From Carcharhinus longimanus (lineage: Eukaryota), in the NCBI GenBank assembly GCA_030264375.1, contig JASCQW010000043.1, forward strand, positions 24,700,032 to 24,764,031: 64,000 nt of DNA. Reading direction: 5' to 3'. Below are positions 25,428 to 38,477 of the stretch, one piece after another. Numbering within the stretch: the first letter of the stretch is position 1; each line of letters begins with the position of its first letter. The position numbers and the translations under genes are program-made. The notes under the pieces were generated by a model that had not been told where the DNA came from, ran no database searches, and was given only the letters and a program-made list of their open reading frames with translations.

Positions 25428-25645
25428 AACAAAAACAGAAAATGCTGGATAATCTCAGCAGGACTGACAGCATCTGTGGAGAGAGAACAGAGCCAATGTT
25501 TCGAGTCTACGTGATCCTACGTCAGAGCTCAGATGAAGGGTCATCTAGACTCGAAATATTAGCTCCATTCTCTCTTCATAGATGCTAAGATTTTCCATAT
25601 TTTTCTGTTTTTGTTTGATTCCAGCATCTGCAGTATTTTGCTTTC
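25428..25645. mobile_element. Palindromic (fold-back) Penelope-derived element with two degenerate hammerhead motifs
   Basis: Imperfect inverted arms of ~90 bp centred on GAGCTC (25525-25530). Each arm has a CTGANGA-like..stem..GAAA motif. Confidence 0.7.
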
Positions 25646-25759
25646 ATTTTAGTCACTTCTGGGGAATTTGAGCTCAGCTGATTTAGCCATAGTACCCATT
25701 AATACCTTTGCCTTTTGATCACCTGGTGCTGTGTGGATATCATGAGGAGGGGAGCTCTG

Positions 25760-27358
25760 CAACTAGAGAAGGGGAGTGAGCAGGGGAAACTCTGCGAAGT
25801 CCAGTAACGCCAAGGATCAAAGTGGACATGTGTGAACGGCAGGAGATGGTTGAGGTTTTCAACGAATATTTCTGTGTGTTAACTGTGGAGAAAGACTTGA
25901 GAAGCTGGGAAAGTTAGTGGCGATGTATTGTGGACTGTTTGTATTACAGTAGAGGAGGTGATGTATTAAATTGTATGAAGGTGATAAATCTCCTGGCCCT
26001 GACCAGTTATATCCAAGAACATTGCGTGAGGCTAGAGGAGAAATTGTGGGAGCCCTGCATGAGATATTTGCATCATTGTTAGCCACGGATGAGGTACCAG
26101 AAGATTGGCGGGTAGCAAATGTTGTGCCCTTACTTAAGAAGGGCTGCAAACAAAAATCTGAGAACTATAGACAGGTAAGCCTAACATCTGTGGTGGGTAC
26201 ATTACTAGAGAGGATTCTGAGAAGTCAGATACACAGGCATTCAAGGTTTAATTGGGAGTAGTCAGCACAGCTTTGTGCATGGGAGACCATGCTTTACAAA
26301 TTTGCTTGAGTTCTTTGATGCAGTGACCAGGAAAGTTGATGAGGGCAGTGCAGTAGTCATAGTCTATATGGACTTCAGTGGAGCCTTTGATAAAGTTCCA
26401 CAGGGTAGGTTGTTCTGGAAGGTTACATTACGTAGAATCCAGGGAGAAATGACAAATTGGATAAACAGTTGGCTTAATAACAGTTGGTAGGAAGCAGAGG
26501 GTAATGGTGAAAGGATGCTTGTTGGACAGGAGGCCTATGACTAGTGGTGTCCCTCGGGGGTCAGTGCTGGGCCCGTTGCTGTTCGTTGTCTATATCAATG
26601 ATTTGGATGAGAATGTAGAAGGCATGATAAATAAGTTTGCAGATGACACTAAAATAGGTGATATTGTAGACAGTGAAGAAGGTTATCAAAAATTGCAGCA
26701 GGATCTTGATCAGGTGGGGAAGTGGGCCGAGAAGTGGCAAATGGAGTTCAATACTTTTAAGTGTGAGGTATTGCATTTTGGAAAGTCAAATCAAGGTAGG
26801 GCTTTCACGGTGATTGGTAGGACTTAGAGAGTATCGTGGAACAAAAGGACCTTGGAGTTCAAGTGCATGGTTTTCTAGAGGTGGAGTCACAGGTAGATAG
26901 AGCAGTGAAGAAGGCTTTTGGCATGCTGGCCTTCATCAGACGGGGCATTTGAGTATCGAAGTTGGGAAGTTAATGTTGCAGTTGTAACGCATGTTGGTGA
27001 GGCCACACCTGGAGTATTGTGTTCAGTTTTGGTCACTTTGCTATGGAAAAGATCTTATTAAACTGGAGAAAGTGCAGAAGAGATTTTCAAGGATGTTGCC
27101 AGGACTTGAGGGACTGAGTTATAGGGAGAGATTGGACAGACATTGGACAGGATGGTACGTATGTGGAATGAGCTGCCAGAGGAAATGGCTGAGGCAGGGA
27201 CATTGATAAAATTTAAAAGACAATTGGACAGATACATGGATTGGAAAGGTTTAGAGGATATGGGCCAAATGCAGGCAAATGGGGTTAGCTTAAATGGTTA
27301 TTTTGTTTGGCAAGGACCAGTTTGGGCCGAAGAGCTTGTCTCCATGACATTGATTCTC
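25760..27358 (+). mobile_element. CR1 LINE ORF2 (RT) remnant with 3' tail
   Basis: [82 protein letters not shown] across frameshifts. Confidence 0.93.
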
Positions 27359-29269
27359 TGAACACCCTTTCCAATTTGCCGTTTCTTGTGGCAAGTCCTG
27401 TTTCAATGTGAAGCGATTAATAACACTTCTAATACCACAAATGCATGAGACAATGTTGCTTAGTTTGAATTTCAAATAAATTTTATTAGTATAATTGTAA
27501 AAAAAGTTTCTTCATTTACTTTTTGTGAGCAGAGTTCTTCAGTAAAAGATTTTTTTGTAACTAGCAGCAAAGGCTGATTCTGCTATTTGATCATTTCCAA
27601 AAGTTAAAATATTTTTGTGTAAAATAGTACAACATCTTGAAAGTTATATTATAGCCTGTTGAAATTGTAATGCACGATAGAAATGTATATTCATTGGCAT
27701 TTATCCAAGAACATTAACTTGGCAGTTATGACATTAAACAGGACACACTAACCACTTTGCTAGACTTTGATTAATGAGCTGACTTATTCAGTTGAAAATG
27801 GGCAAATTATATTTAAGATCCTAATGAAAAAATAGGTGATGGGTTAGCTATCCCATTACTCAATTCTTGGTTTCAACTGTACTGCTATTATAACTCGACA
27901 TTGCATGTCTGATTTACGTGCCTTGTCATGGTTGATAAGTAGGAGGAAAGTTTTTCAGGAAAAATGGCTGTGCTGCTGTGTAACATATTGTTGTTGAAAT
28001 ATTCAAAGTGGCAGAGACATGCATGGAGTTCAGTTGTTGACGGAGCATGATCCAGTAAAAATCTTAAGTTTTCACAAAAATTGGATCATTCTGAACATGT
28101 CCTTTTCTGGACGGAAGTCTCAGAAGTATTTTGTTTGAAAAATGTACTAGAAATTGGCATTATTGAATTATGCATCTATTCTGTCCCGATAAACTTGTTA
28201 GAACAGTTCTAAAGGTTTTCACAACATGATAATGGGTATTCATTCAATTTTTTGAACTTTGACACAAATTCTTAGTGAGTGTGACACCATACCTACATTT
28301 GTAACCTCAGTAAATTAAAACCCTTTCCAATTGCAACCAAAGCCATATGTGCATTTCTCCTATCCATTACTGATTCTGCATTTAATTTGGTGGGACCCCA
28401 CTGCTTGGCTGTTAGATCATGTAAATATTATGGTAAATTTGCTGCATGCAAAAATACTGAAATTTCAGCGCTATTGAACAGCACACATTAGTATTGTGCA
28501 AAATCAGCAGCATGCTGAAAAATATCTGTTTAACAAAGTACGTTCTGAAGTTAGCTTGTGAACAATAAAATAATTTACTCCTAAGCAACGCAGTTGTAAT
28601 ATTTAAATTGAGATACTTTTGAAAATGAGGCTAGTTATCGCTTTGATTTGAGTCCAGATTTTGTAATGGTTTTGTGATATTTTTCCAACTGTCAGTTCTT
28701 TTTTAGGATTGTTCAGATTTCTTTAGGGGTGCAAATTCAACAATCCTTTATCAGGAGAAGCATTGTGAATTGGTGTAGCTGACTTGCATGTCAGATTCTC
28801 CAATCCCTGCTCCCATTTTAGTGAGATTCTGCATCAGGGTGGAGGAATCTTACAAAATGTTTTAGTCTTTTTTTTAATCAATGGGTGACAAGTTCCACCC
28901 TTTAAAATCTTGGCAATACTCTAGACAATGTTGTTTCTTAGTGACATCACAGGGTTATCTATATTATTACTTTTTATCTAGAAATTATGACAGGAAAGAT
29001 ACTGTCAGTTTTACTTTTCGTATATTGCTGCAACAGTAGATCTCTGCTTCAGATATTGAAACTCTGCTCTTTCACTACAGCACTTCTCTTTTTTGCACTG
29101 TCTATATTTCATACAGTCAAACTGCACCAAATTATGAGTATTAAGAAAGAGATATGTGTGTATGCTGTTTGCCCTGAGATAAGAATCATCTCCCACAAGG
29201 GTATGATATGCAGGCTGGCACTGAGAAAAACTTCTGGCCACATCATCAACAAGATCACCTATTTCCACC

Positions 29270-29680
29270 TACATAAAAACACAAAGTAGGAACAAGAAAA
29301 GGGCATTTTCACCATCGAGACTACTTCACCATTCAATAAGATCATGGCTGATCTGCCTGTGGTCTTCATTCCACTTTCCTGCTCATCCCCATTACGATTG
29401 ATTCCCTTGAAGATTGCAAATCCATCTAATTCAGCCTTGAACATATTCAATGACCTAGCCACATTTGCTCTTTGTGGTATAGAATTCCAAAGATTAGTGA
29501 TCTTCTTAGAGAAATTCCTCTTAACCTTCTTCTTAAATGGGAGACATCTTACTGTAAAACTGGCTCCAAGTTTTGGAATCTCCCCATCAACATCCATCCT
29601 GTCAACCCCTTCAGAATTTTATGGCTTAATAAGATCGCCACTCATTCTTCTAAATTCCATAGAGAATAGGCCCAGTCTAT
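29270..29680 (-). mobile_element. CR1 3' fragment
   Basis: ITNLWNSIPQRANVARSLNMFKAELD plus CR1 tail. Confidence 0.8.
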
Positions 29681-30001
29681 AGGGCGGCATGATAGCACAG
29701 TGGTTAGCACTGCTGCTTCACAGCTCCAGGGACTTGGGTTCGATTCCTGGCTTGGGTCACTATCTATGTGGAGTTTGCACGTTCTCCTTGTGTCTATGTG
29801 TGTTTCTTCCGGGTACTCCAGTTTCCTCTGACAGTCCAAAGATGTGCGGGTTAGGTTGATCGGCCATGCTAAAATTGCCCATTAGTGTCCTAAGATGCTT
29901 AGGTTAGAGGGATTAGCGGGTAATAATATGTAGGGATATGGGAGTAGGGCCTGGGTGGGATTGTGGTCGGTGCAGACTCGATGGGCCAAATGGCCTCTTT
30001 C
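29681..30001 (+). mobile_element. HE1-type SINE with CR1-derived 3' tail
   Basis: gggcggcatgatagcacagtggttagc...gggttcgattcc head, V-domain, tail gactcgatgggccaaatggcctc. Confidence 0.9.
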
Positions 30002-30288
30002 NNNNNNNNNNNNNNNNNNNNNNNNNNNNNNNNNNNNNNNNNNNNNNNNNNNNNNNNNNNNNNNNNNNNNNNNNNNNNNNNNNNNNNNNNNNNNNNNNNN
30101 NNNNNNNNNNNNNNNNNNNNNNNNNNNNNNNNNNNNNNNNNNNNNNNNNNNNNNNNNNNNNNNNNNNNNNNNNNNNNNNNNNNNNNNNNNNNNNNNNNNN
30201 NNNNNNNNNNNNNNNNNNNNNNNNNNNNNNNNNNNNNNNNNNNNNNNNNNNNNNNNNNNNNNNNNNNNNNNNNNNNNNNNNNNNNNNN

Positions 30289-30850
30289 GGCCCATAGCCT
30301 TAAGTGTTACAATGTGCCAAATGCTCATCCAGGTACTTCTTAAAGGATGTGAGGCAACTGGCCTCTAACACTTAGCCAGGCAGCACAAACCAGACGATCA
30401 CCACCCTCTGGGTAAAAAAGTTTCTCCTCACATCCCCTCACGTTGAACCTATGTCCCCTCGTGACTGATCCTTCAATTAAGGAGAATAGCTGCTCCTTAT
30501 CCACTCTGTCCATATCCCTCATAATCTTATACGTCTCAATCAGGTCACTTCTCAGTCTTCTCTGCTCAAACAAAAACAACCCAAGTCTTTCCAACTTCTC
30601 TGTTCCATCCTATGCAGCATCCAGGTGAATCTCCTCTGCAACTCCTCCTGTGCAGTCGCATCCTTCCTATAATGTGCTTACAGTACCTTCATACTAACAT
30701 TTTATGGTTCATGTACAAGGGACTCCAGATCAATTTGTATTGCAGACTCTGTAGTCTCCATTTTAAAAATATTCTGCTTTTCTGTTCTCGCCAAAGTGGA
30801 GAATCTCACTTTCCCATATCCAACTCCATCTGTCAAATATTTGCCCACAA
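30289..30850 (-). mobile_element. CR1 fragment
   Basis: LGLFLFEQRRLRSDLIETYKIMRDMDRVDKEQLF. Confidence 0.8.
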
Positions 30851-30889
30851 AAACCTGAAAGACTATGAGGGCTTGTAACTTCATTTCTG

Positions 30890-31272
30890 TCCCACCTTAG
30901 CTCGTCTGCTACTTGTATCCCCACCTGTTACCTCTGGACTTGACTTCCATAGGTGGACAGCCCTATAACCCTCCAATTTCTCTGCAGTCTTCCAGTTCTG
31001 GCTTCTTGTGCATCCTGTGTCATCACTCCACCTTTGGTTGCCATATCTTCATCTATGTCGGCTCTTAAGCTCTGGACTACCCTCTCTAAATTTCTCCACC
31101 CCACTCCTTTGCGCTCTTCCTTAAAGATGCACTTTAAAACCTACCTCTTTGACCATCTGTCGGAATTTTCCCATTATATATCTCATTATCACATTTTGAC
31201 TGATTAAACATACCTCTAAGCACCTTACAATATTTCATCATGCTAAGGGTGCTATACTAATGCAAGTTGTTA
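30890..31272 (+). mobile_element. L2-like LINE 3' end
   Basis: aagctctggactaccctc, ttaaaacctacctctttgacca, gtgctatactaatgcaagttgtt. Confidence 0.65.
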
Positions 31273-31677
31273 ATTTTGAATGCCTACTGGATTTGAGGCT
31301 GCCTCCCCTTTGTCTCATGGCTTGTTTTGCTTATCAAATCCAATTCATATCATCTATTGGCTATTTTCTGCTAAGGTGTATGAAGAGGAAAATGTATCAT
31401 CGTGCTTATTGAACTGTTCCTGCTGCGAATCTGCAGTGTTAACTGGGCTGCCTCATAATCTAATCAAAATTTCACATTCTGCATCGGGCCATGGCACTCA
31501 CAGTATAGAGTGTCCTCAGATTTGTTTTCATGGTAATAATCCACATCGGGGTATAAGATACAGTGTCCTTTCATAGTGTCCGTTTTTCCCATGTGAACCT
31601 AAATAATGAGAGTTGGCAACATATTTGACCATAGTGCAGTCATTGCAGCTGATCCCAATGCTATCCTTATCAACCTC

Positions 31678-33470
31678 ATAGAATGGTTGCAGCACAGAAG
31701 AAGGTCTATTGACCTATCATGTCTGTGCCAGTTCTGTACAGGAGTCCCACTCCTCAATCTTTCTCCAATGTACCAACAGATTATTTTCTCTACACATTGT
31801 CCAATTATCTTTTGAAACTCACAATTGAACATTCCTCCACTGCATTCACAGGCAGTGTGTTCCAGTGCACATGTTGCATTACAAAAAGGTTTTCTTCATA
31901 TCACTGTTCCTCCTTTTGCCAGTCCTGCCAATTGGTGCCCTCTGGCTTGTGATCCTTCCATAACTGGAAATATTCCAGCTTCTCCAATCTGACCACAAAA
32001 ATTCCTCATCCCCAGAATGACCCTTTTGAATCTTTTCTGCTCTGTCTGTAATGCCTGCACAAGTATGGTGCCCGGAACTGGACACAGTATTCCAGTTGAG
32101 GACCAGCCAGTATTTTATACAGGTTTATCTTAAATTTCCCTGCTTTTTTACTGCATGTCCTATTCATAAAGACTAGGATTCATAAGCTTTATCAAACAAG
32201 TTGCCCTGCTACCACAAATGACTTTTACACAATAAGCCCAAGTCTCTCTGCTCTTACACCCCTTTAGAATTCTAACCTTTGGTACATTGCTTCTCCATAT
32301 TTTTTTTCTGACAAAATGAAAGACTTCACACTTCCCTCTGTCACTTCCCACTATTCCACCAGTCTGTTCATGTGCTCCTGAAGGTTATTCTTATCCTTTT
32401 CACAGTTCGCAACATTTCTATGTTTTGTGTATTCTTCAACTTTGCAATCAAGATCCAGGTCTCAAATGGAAATTAGAAAAAGTAGGGATTCTCAACTGAA
32501 ACCCCGGCACATACTTCCATAGAGTAAAATCCCTAGAATGCAGAAGATGGTCATTTAGCCCATTGCGCCTGCACCAACGACAACCCCACCCAGGCCTTAA
32601 CCCTGTAAACCTCATATTTAACGTGCTAGTCCCCCTGACTCTAAGGGGCAATTTTATATAGAACATAGAACATAGAACATTACAGCGCAGAACAGGCCCT
32701 TCGGCCCACGATGTTGCGCCGACCAGTTACANNNNNNNNNNNNNNNNNNNNNNNNNNNNNNNNNNNNNNNNNNNNNNNNNNNNNNNNNNNNNNNNNNNNN
32801 NNNNNNNNNNNNNNNNNNNNNNNNNNNNNNNNNNNNNNNNNNNNNNNTGGACGGTGGGAGGAAACTGGAGCACCTGGAGAAAACCCACACAGACACAGGG
32901 AGAATGTGCAAACTCCACACAGACAGTAACCCAAAGCCAGAATTGAATCTGGGTCCTTAGTGCTGTGAGGCAGCAGTGCTGCTACTTTGACACTTTGTTT
33001 CTTGTCACTCAGTGGCTAATTTCACATTCATGTTGATACTGTCCCTTATATTCCACGGGCTCTAACTTTGCTGGAAAGTTTGTTATGTGGCACTCTTTCA
33101 GATGCCTTTTGGAAATTGGTGTACACCACGTCAAATGTATTACCTTCGACAGCCCTCGCTGTTAACTCATCAAAAAGTCCAGCAAATTAGTTAGCAATTC
33201 ACCCTTAATAAATATGATTTGTTTTTTCTTAATTAATCCACATTTGTCAACATACGTTAATTTTGTCCCTAAATTATTTCTCACTACTGAGGTTAAACTG
33301 ACTGGTCTGTAATTACTGGGCTTATCCTTACACCCCTTCTTCAGCAACAGTGCAATATGTGCAATTCTCAGCCCTCTAGCACCAACCTGTGAGGGATTGG
33401 AATATCCTGGCCTGTGCCCCTGCAGTTTCCACCCTTTCTTCCCTCAGTTGAATGGAACTCATCCGATTCT
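31678..33470 (-). mobile_element. Decayed CR1 interrupted by a minus-strand HE1 SINE (~32520-32980), itself carrying a CR1 tail with (ACATAGA)n at ~32657-32731
   Basis: KKGCKDKPSNYRPVSLTSVV at 33162-33347. SINE head at 32848-32980 and tail at 32520-32655. Confidence 0.75.
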
Positions 33471-33971
33471 GGTCACTTATTGGTAGCAATTGGGAGCTTG
33501 AATTATTGCTGATATTTCCTCTTTTCTATGCATGAGTACTGTGGTTTATTGTGATGCTCTATTATCAGTTAAAATATTAGTCCCTGAGTAAACATCACTT
33601 GGAGGGTACTTGCACACATCCTTTGTTAGATATGGACTCTAGAAACTAGTCACTGCGATATTCCATGCCGCTTATTACATTGCTGTCTGTGTTCATGGGG
33701 GAGTGTACATTTCATAGCCATCTACTTAACAATGACTAGAATGCTAAAAATGTCTGTACTTGGTTGTTTCATCACAAACAGTTTTTTAAACTGGAATGTT
33801 TGAAACTACAGTACTTTAAAACAAAGAGTGTTTTATTTCAAAGTGGTTACAAGGCTGGTCACTAATTTTTCTGCTTTTTCTAAAATAAAAAATCTGCTTG
33901 CATTCAGTTTTTGAATCTCTTTGTNNNNNNNNNNNNNNNNNNNNNNNNNNNNNNNNNNNNNNNNNNNNNNN

Positions 33972-34575
33972 TTCTCCATCACCCATCTAACCTCTCTCTC
34001 ATACTGTCTACAGTCCTTCTCTCCCTGGGAGCTAACCTCCTCACTCTCAGTCACCTCATCTCTATTCCCTCCCCCCAACCTTTCTAGTTTAAAGTCCCTC
34101 CAGTAGCCCTAGCCAACCTTCCCGCCAAGATATTGGTCCCCCTTGGATTCAAGTGCCACCCGTCTTTACTGAACAGGTCACACCTGCCCCTAAAGAGGTC
34201 CCAATGAACCAGGAACCGGAATCCTTGCCCCCTGCTCCAGTCCCTCAGCCACGCATTCACCCTCTACCTCATTCCATTCCTGTTCTCACTCTCCCGCAGC
34301 GCAGGCAGCAATCCTGAGATTCCTACCTTCGCGTTCCTCTTTCTCAGCTGTCTGCCTAATTCCNNNNNNNNNNCAGAGACATCCCGGATCCCAGCACCAG
34401 GGAGGCAGACCACCATCCGCGACTCCCGTCTGCGTCCGCAAAAACGCCTGTCTGATCCCCTCAGTATGGCTTTCCCCTTCCTAACAGTTACCCACTTGCC
34501 TTCTTTCCGTTGCCCCGGTGTGACTACTTGCCGGTAGCTCCTGTCAGTTGCCTCCTCATTCTCTCTAATGAGACG
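33972..34575 (-). mobile_element. CR1 ORF1 (SGNH esterase-like) fragment
   Basis: Minus strand encodes NAWLRDWSRGQGFRFLVHWDLFRGRCDLFSKDGWHLNPRGTNILAGR. Confidence 0.8.
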
Positions 34576-34931
34576 ATTATATTGAATGATTTTCTGCTTC
34601 TGAAAAAGGACTATTTTCAGTACAATGCTAGCTTCTATCTGGTGTTATGGCTTCTTTGGAGGATGTTGACGGGAAGTCCTCTTGACAACTTGTGAATTAG
34701 TTTTCCTGTTGTTGGCAACAAGCTAGACAGCCCTCCACTCCTTGACTGTAGAACTGTTTTGTATCACCATGAATGAAATGAGAAGACTCTTAGAATCTCA
34801 TATGCATGTTACACCTCTTATAAAATGACTGTGTCACTGTGCAAATCAGTTTTATACAAGGCAGATTGAATAGGTATGTCCAAAAGAGAAAATGCTGGAA
34901 AATCTCTGCAGGTCTGGCAGCATCTGTAAGG

Positions 34932-35726
34932 TTTATTTGGTAGCACAAGCCACTAGCTTTAGGAGCGCTGCCCCTTCACCGGGTGAGTGGGAGTTCTATT
35001 CACAAACAGGACATATAAAGACACAAACTCAATTTACAAAATAATGGTTGGAATGTCTTTACAGGTAATCAATTCATAAAGATACAAACAATGTGAGTGG
35101 AGAGATGGTTAAGCACAGGTTAAAGAGATGTGTATTGTCTCCAACCAGGACAATTAGTGAGATTTTGCAAGCCCAGGCAAGGCATGAAGGTTACAGATAG
35201 TATGACATGAACCCAAGATCTTGGTTGAGGCTGTCATCATGTGCGGAACTTGGCTATCAGTCTCTGCTCACTAAATGTCCTGGCTGGAGACAATAACATC
35301 TTTTTAATCTGTACTTAACCATCTCTCCACTCACATTGTCTGTACCTTTAAGATTTGATTAGCTGTAAAGACTTGCATTCCAATCATTCTGTAAATTGNN
35401 NNNNNNNNNNNNNNNNNNNNNNNNNNNNNNNNNNNNNNNNNNNNNNNNNNNNNNNNNNNNNNNNNNNNNNNNNNNNNNNNNNNNNNNNNNNNNNNNNNTT
35501 TAAGATTTGATTAGCTGTAAAGACTTGCATTCCAACCATTATTTTGTAAATTGAGTTTGTCTTTATATGCCCTGTTTGTGAATAGAACTCCCACTCACCT
35601 GATGAAGGGGCAGTGCTCCAAAAGCTAGTAGCTTGTGCTACCAGATAAACCTGTTGGACTTTAATCAGCTGTTGTGAGACTTCTTACTGTGTTTACTCTA
35701 GTCCAACGCCAGCATCTCCATAACGT
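34932..35726. mobile_element. Penelope-like element with inverted pLTRs, nested in a fold-back element (~34885-35839)
   Basis: 34932-35160 is the reverse complement of ~35268-35650. 13-bp direct repeat AGCATCTGTAAGG at 34919 and 35727. Confidence 0.8.
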
Positions 35727-36902
35727 AGCATCTGTAAGGAGAGAGCATCTCCTTACAGATACTGCTAGACCTGTTGAGATTTTCCAGTGTTTTCTGTTTT
35801 GGTTTCAGATTTCAGCATCTGCAGTAATTTGCTTTTATTCAGTGAATAGATGTCTTGACTGCTATGTAGGGTTCTGCTGCTATTCCAGCAATAACACAGC
35901 AGCACAACCTTATTCACAAGGGTCAGAACATTGAAATAAACACAAAACATACTAATACTTCAATCACAGATTCTTACACACCTTAATTCATCAAAAGGTA
36001 TACAGATAACATCCTTCACTCATTATTTGCATAAAGTTGAGATGCACTTCTTCTGCCTTGGAGTTTTAATGCCTTCATAATCATACAGCAGGATCTAAGT
36101 TTCTCCAGATCTTCCCAGCCTAATGTCCAAAAGGAAAACCTCCAGCAGTATCAAAAGTCTTTCTGATCCAACAAATGAGTTCCACAATGGTATGCAGAAG
36201 CACCAGTATTGTGCATTTCTGATGCATACTGCAACCCAAACAATACTCACCCTGGCATAGCAGTTCTCAAATGTTAATTTCATTTAAAAAAAATTAATAC
36301 TGCAAACATAACACCTAATCAAGGAGGAAACCATGACTAAATTTATCCTTGCAGACTTAAGAGCTATAAATTCCTGATGAAGTTGACTTGTTAATTAGAA
36401 ATAAGAGTAAAGTTCTGGAAATGACAGCAAACCACCAAACAGCATCTGCGGAGTTTTGACAATTTAGATTTGTATCCTTTATCAGAATTCACTCTACTTA
36501 GTCTATTTTTTCTAAATCCATTAGATAAAGCTCACTGTTAAGGATTTCAGGTGCAACTATGGCAATTTCCAATAGTCAGTTGAACAGCAGAAATTCTGAG
36601 TAAAGAGAACACTAAATTATCTTTCTTTTAAGGTGTTTGTCATTTATAGCCTTTAATAACTGACCAGTTCTGTGTAATTTTATCTAAATTAAGCAATGGC
36701 ATTGTCAGCTTTTATCTAAAAGCCTGATTTAGAATTGAGTTGATGACACGATAAATACGACAACTTAAGTTCCTGTTATATTCCATGAAACACATGATTC
36801 CAGATAATTCTCCTAGCTTTTAAATGAATGTGCCCTTTTTAATGCACTCTGAGGTGACAAAAGTCAACATCACATTATTAGGGAGGCCAAGACTTTTTCT
36901 CT

Positions 36903-38477
36903 TTCCACTACTGTCTCCTGTTTGGCAGATGTTATTCCTTTTTTTATGTACAGCTCTGTGGTTAACATCACCACCTGCTCCTAGATACAAATAGTCTTTG
37001 CAAGTCTTAGCGGTAGTTGTGGGCATATAATAGGAGCATTCCATATAAACAAAATTTTTCCATATTTACATTTCAAACAATGATTACTGGATTGTGATCA
37101 GAAGCAGGAATTTTACCTCTGGTAAGCTGAGGAGAGTTCTAGTGCCTCTACTGTCCCAACTGAGATCAGCAAAAAGCTTGGTCGGTTTCACTTAACTATT
37201 GTTAGGTAAACTCACTGAAGCATTGCAGGAACTTCTGGCTTCCTAAAAGATATATGAAGTTAGGTACAATTAAAGAAGGAATGCAGCCAGCTAACCCACC
37301 CTTTCTTAGAAACAAACCTTTGGTCCAATGAACACAACATTCATCTACCGCTTGAATGATTCCAGAGTTACTTTCTTTTATATTTGATTTATGTTTTTTT
37401 AAGTTGATATGATCAGGCCAATAAGATTTTAAACATGAATATGAACGGGAAAGAACCACTGATCCATCAAGTCTGTCCCACCCAGACATGCTGCAACCTC
37501 AGACCATCGGCAGCACCTGACCTTATCACCTGGAAGAGGTAGGAAAACGTAGGGTCAGGGCATGGGTGGGATTATTGTTGATGTGGGTTCGATGAGCTGA
37601 ATGGCCTCTTTCTGCACTGCAGGAATTCTATAAGTAGCTATTTTCTCAGCAAGGTCTTTGACTTCTGGAACAAATTGCAGGTGTGATAAATATGAATTAC
37701 TTATAGCCTATCAAAACGGAGGCCATTTCAAGTTAAGTTATAATAGGAAGTATGTGGGCTGAGTTCCGGTACTGTCTACTCTTCTGTAGGTGTTGCTCCT
37801 TTTTTATGTACAGTTTTGTGGGTAACATCACCACCTGGTCCTACATACAAATGGTCTTTGCATGTGAGCTATGAGGAGAGGCTGAATAAACTAGGCTTGT
37901 ACTCGTTAGAGTTTAGAAGAATGAGGGGAGATTTCATTGAGACGTATAAGATGATGAATGGGATGGATANNNNNNNNNNNNNNNNNNNNNNNNNNNNNNN
38001 NNNNNNNNNNNNNNNNNNNNNNNNNNNNNNNNNNNNNNNNNNNNNNNNNNNNNNNNNNNNNNNNNNNNNATGATCTTATTGAATGGCGGGGCAGGCTCGA
38101 AGAGCCAGATGGCCTACTCCTGCTCCTATTTCTTATGTTCTTATGTCTTAGCAATAGCTGTGGACATATTATAGGAGCATTCCATATAAACAAAATTTTT
38201 CCCATATTTACATTTCAAACAATGATTACTGGATTGTGATCAGAAGCAGGAATTTTACTTCTGGTATGCTGAGGAGAGTTCTAGTGCCTCTGCTGCCTCA
38301 ACTGAAATCAGCACAAAGCTTGGTCTGTTTCACTTAACTATTATTAGGTGAACTCACTGAAGCATTGCAGGAACTTCTGGCTCCCTAAAAGATACATGAA
38401 GTTAGCTAGAATTAAAGAAGGCAATACAGCCAGCTAAACCCACCCTTTCTTAGAAACAAACCTTTGGTCCAATGAAC
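36903..38477 (+). repeat. Local direct duplication of ~430 bp (36903-37333 and 37764-38477; second copy interrupted by a young CR1 at 37866-38145)
   Basis: Collinear near-identical text, e.g. catatttacatttcaaacaatgattactggattgtgatcagaagcaggaatttt in both copies. Confidence 0.93.

Noticed and set aside
29681-29760. tRNA-like A/B boxes
   Set aside because: Head of a SINE, continuing into the V-domain; not a tRNA gene.
35345-35553. ~50-bp repeat on both sides of the 35399-35498 gap
   Set aside because: Cannot distinguish unmerged contig ends or haplotypes from a tandem pLTR; treated as an assembly feature.
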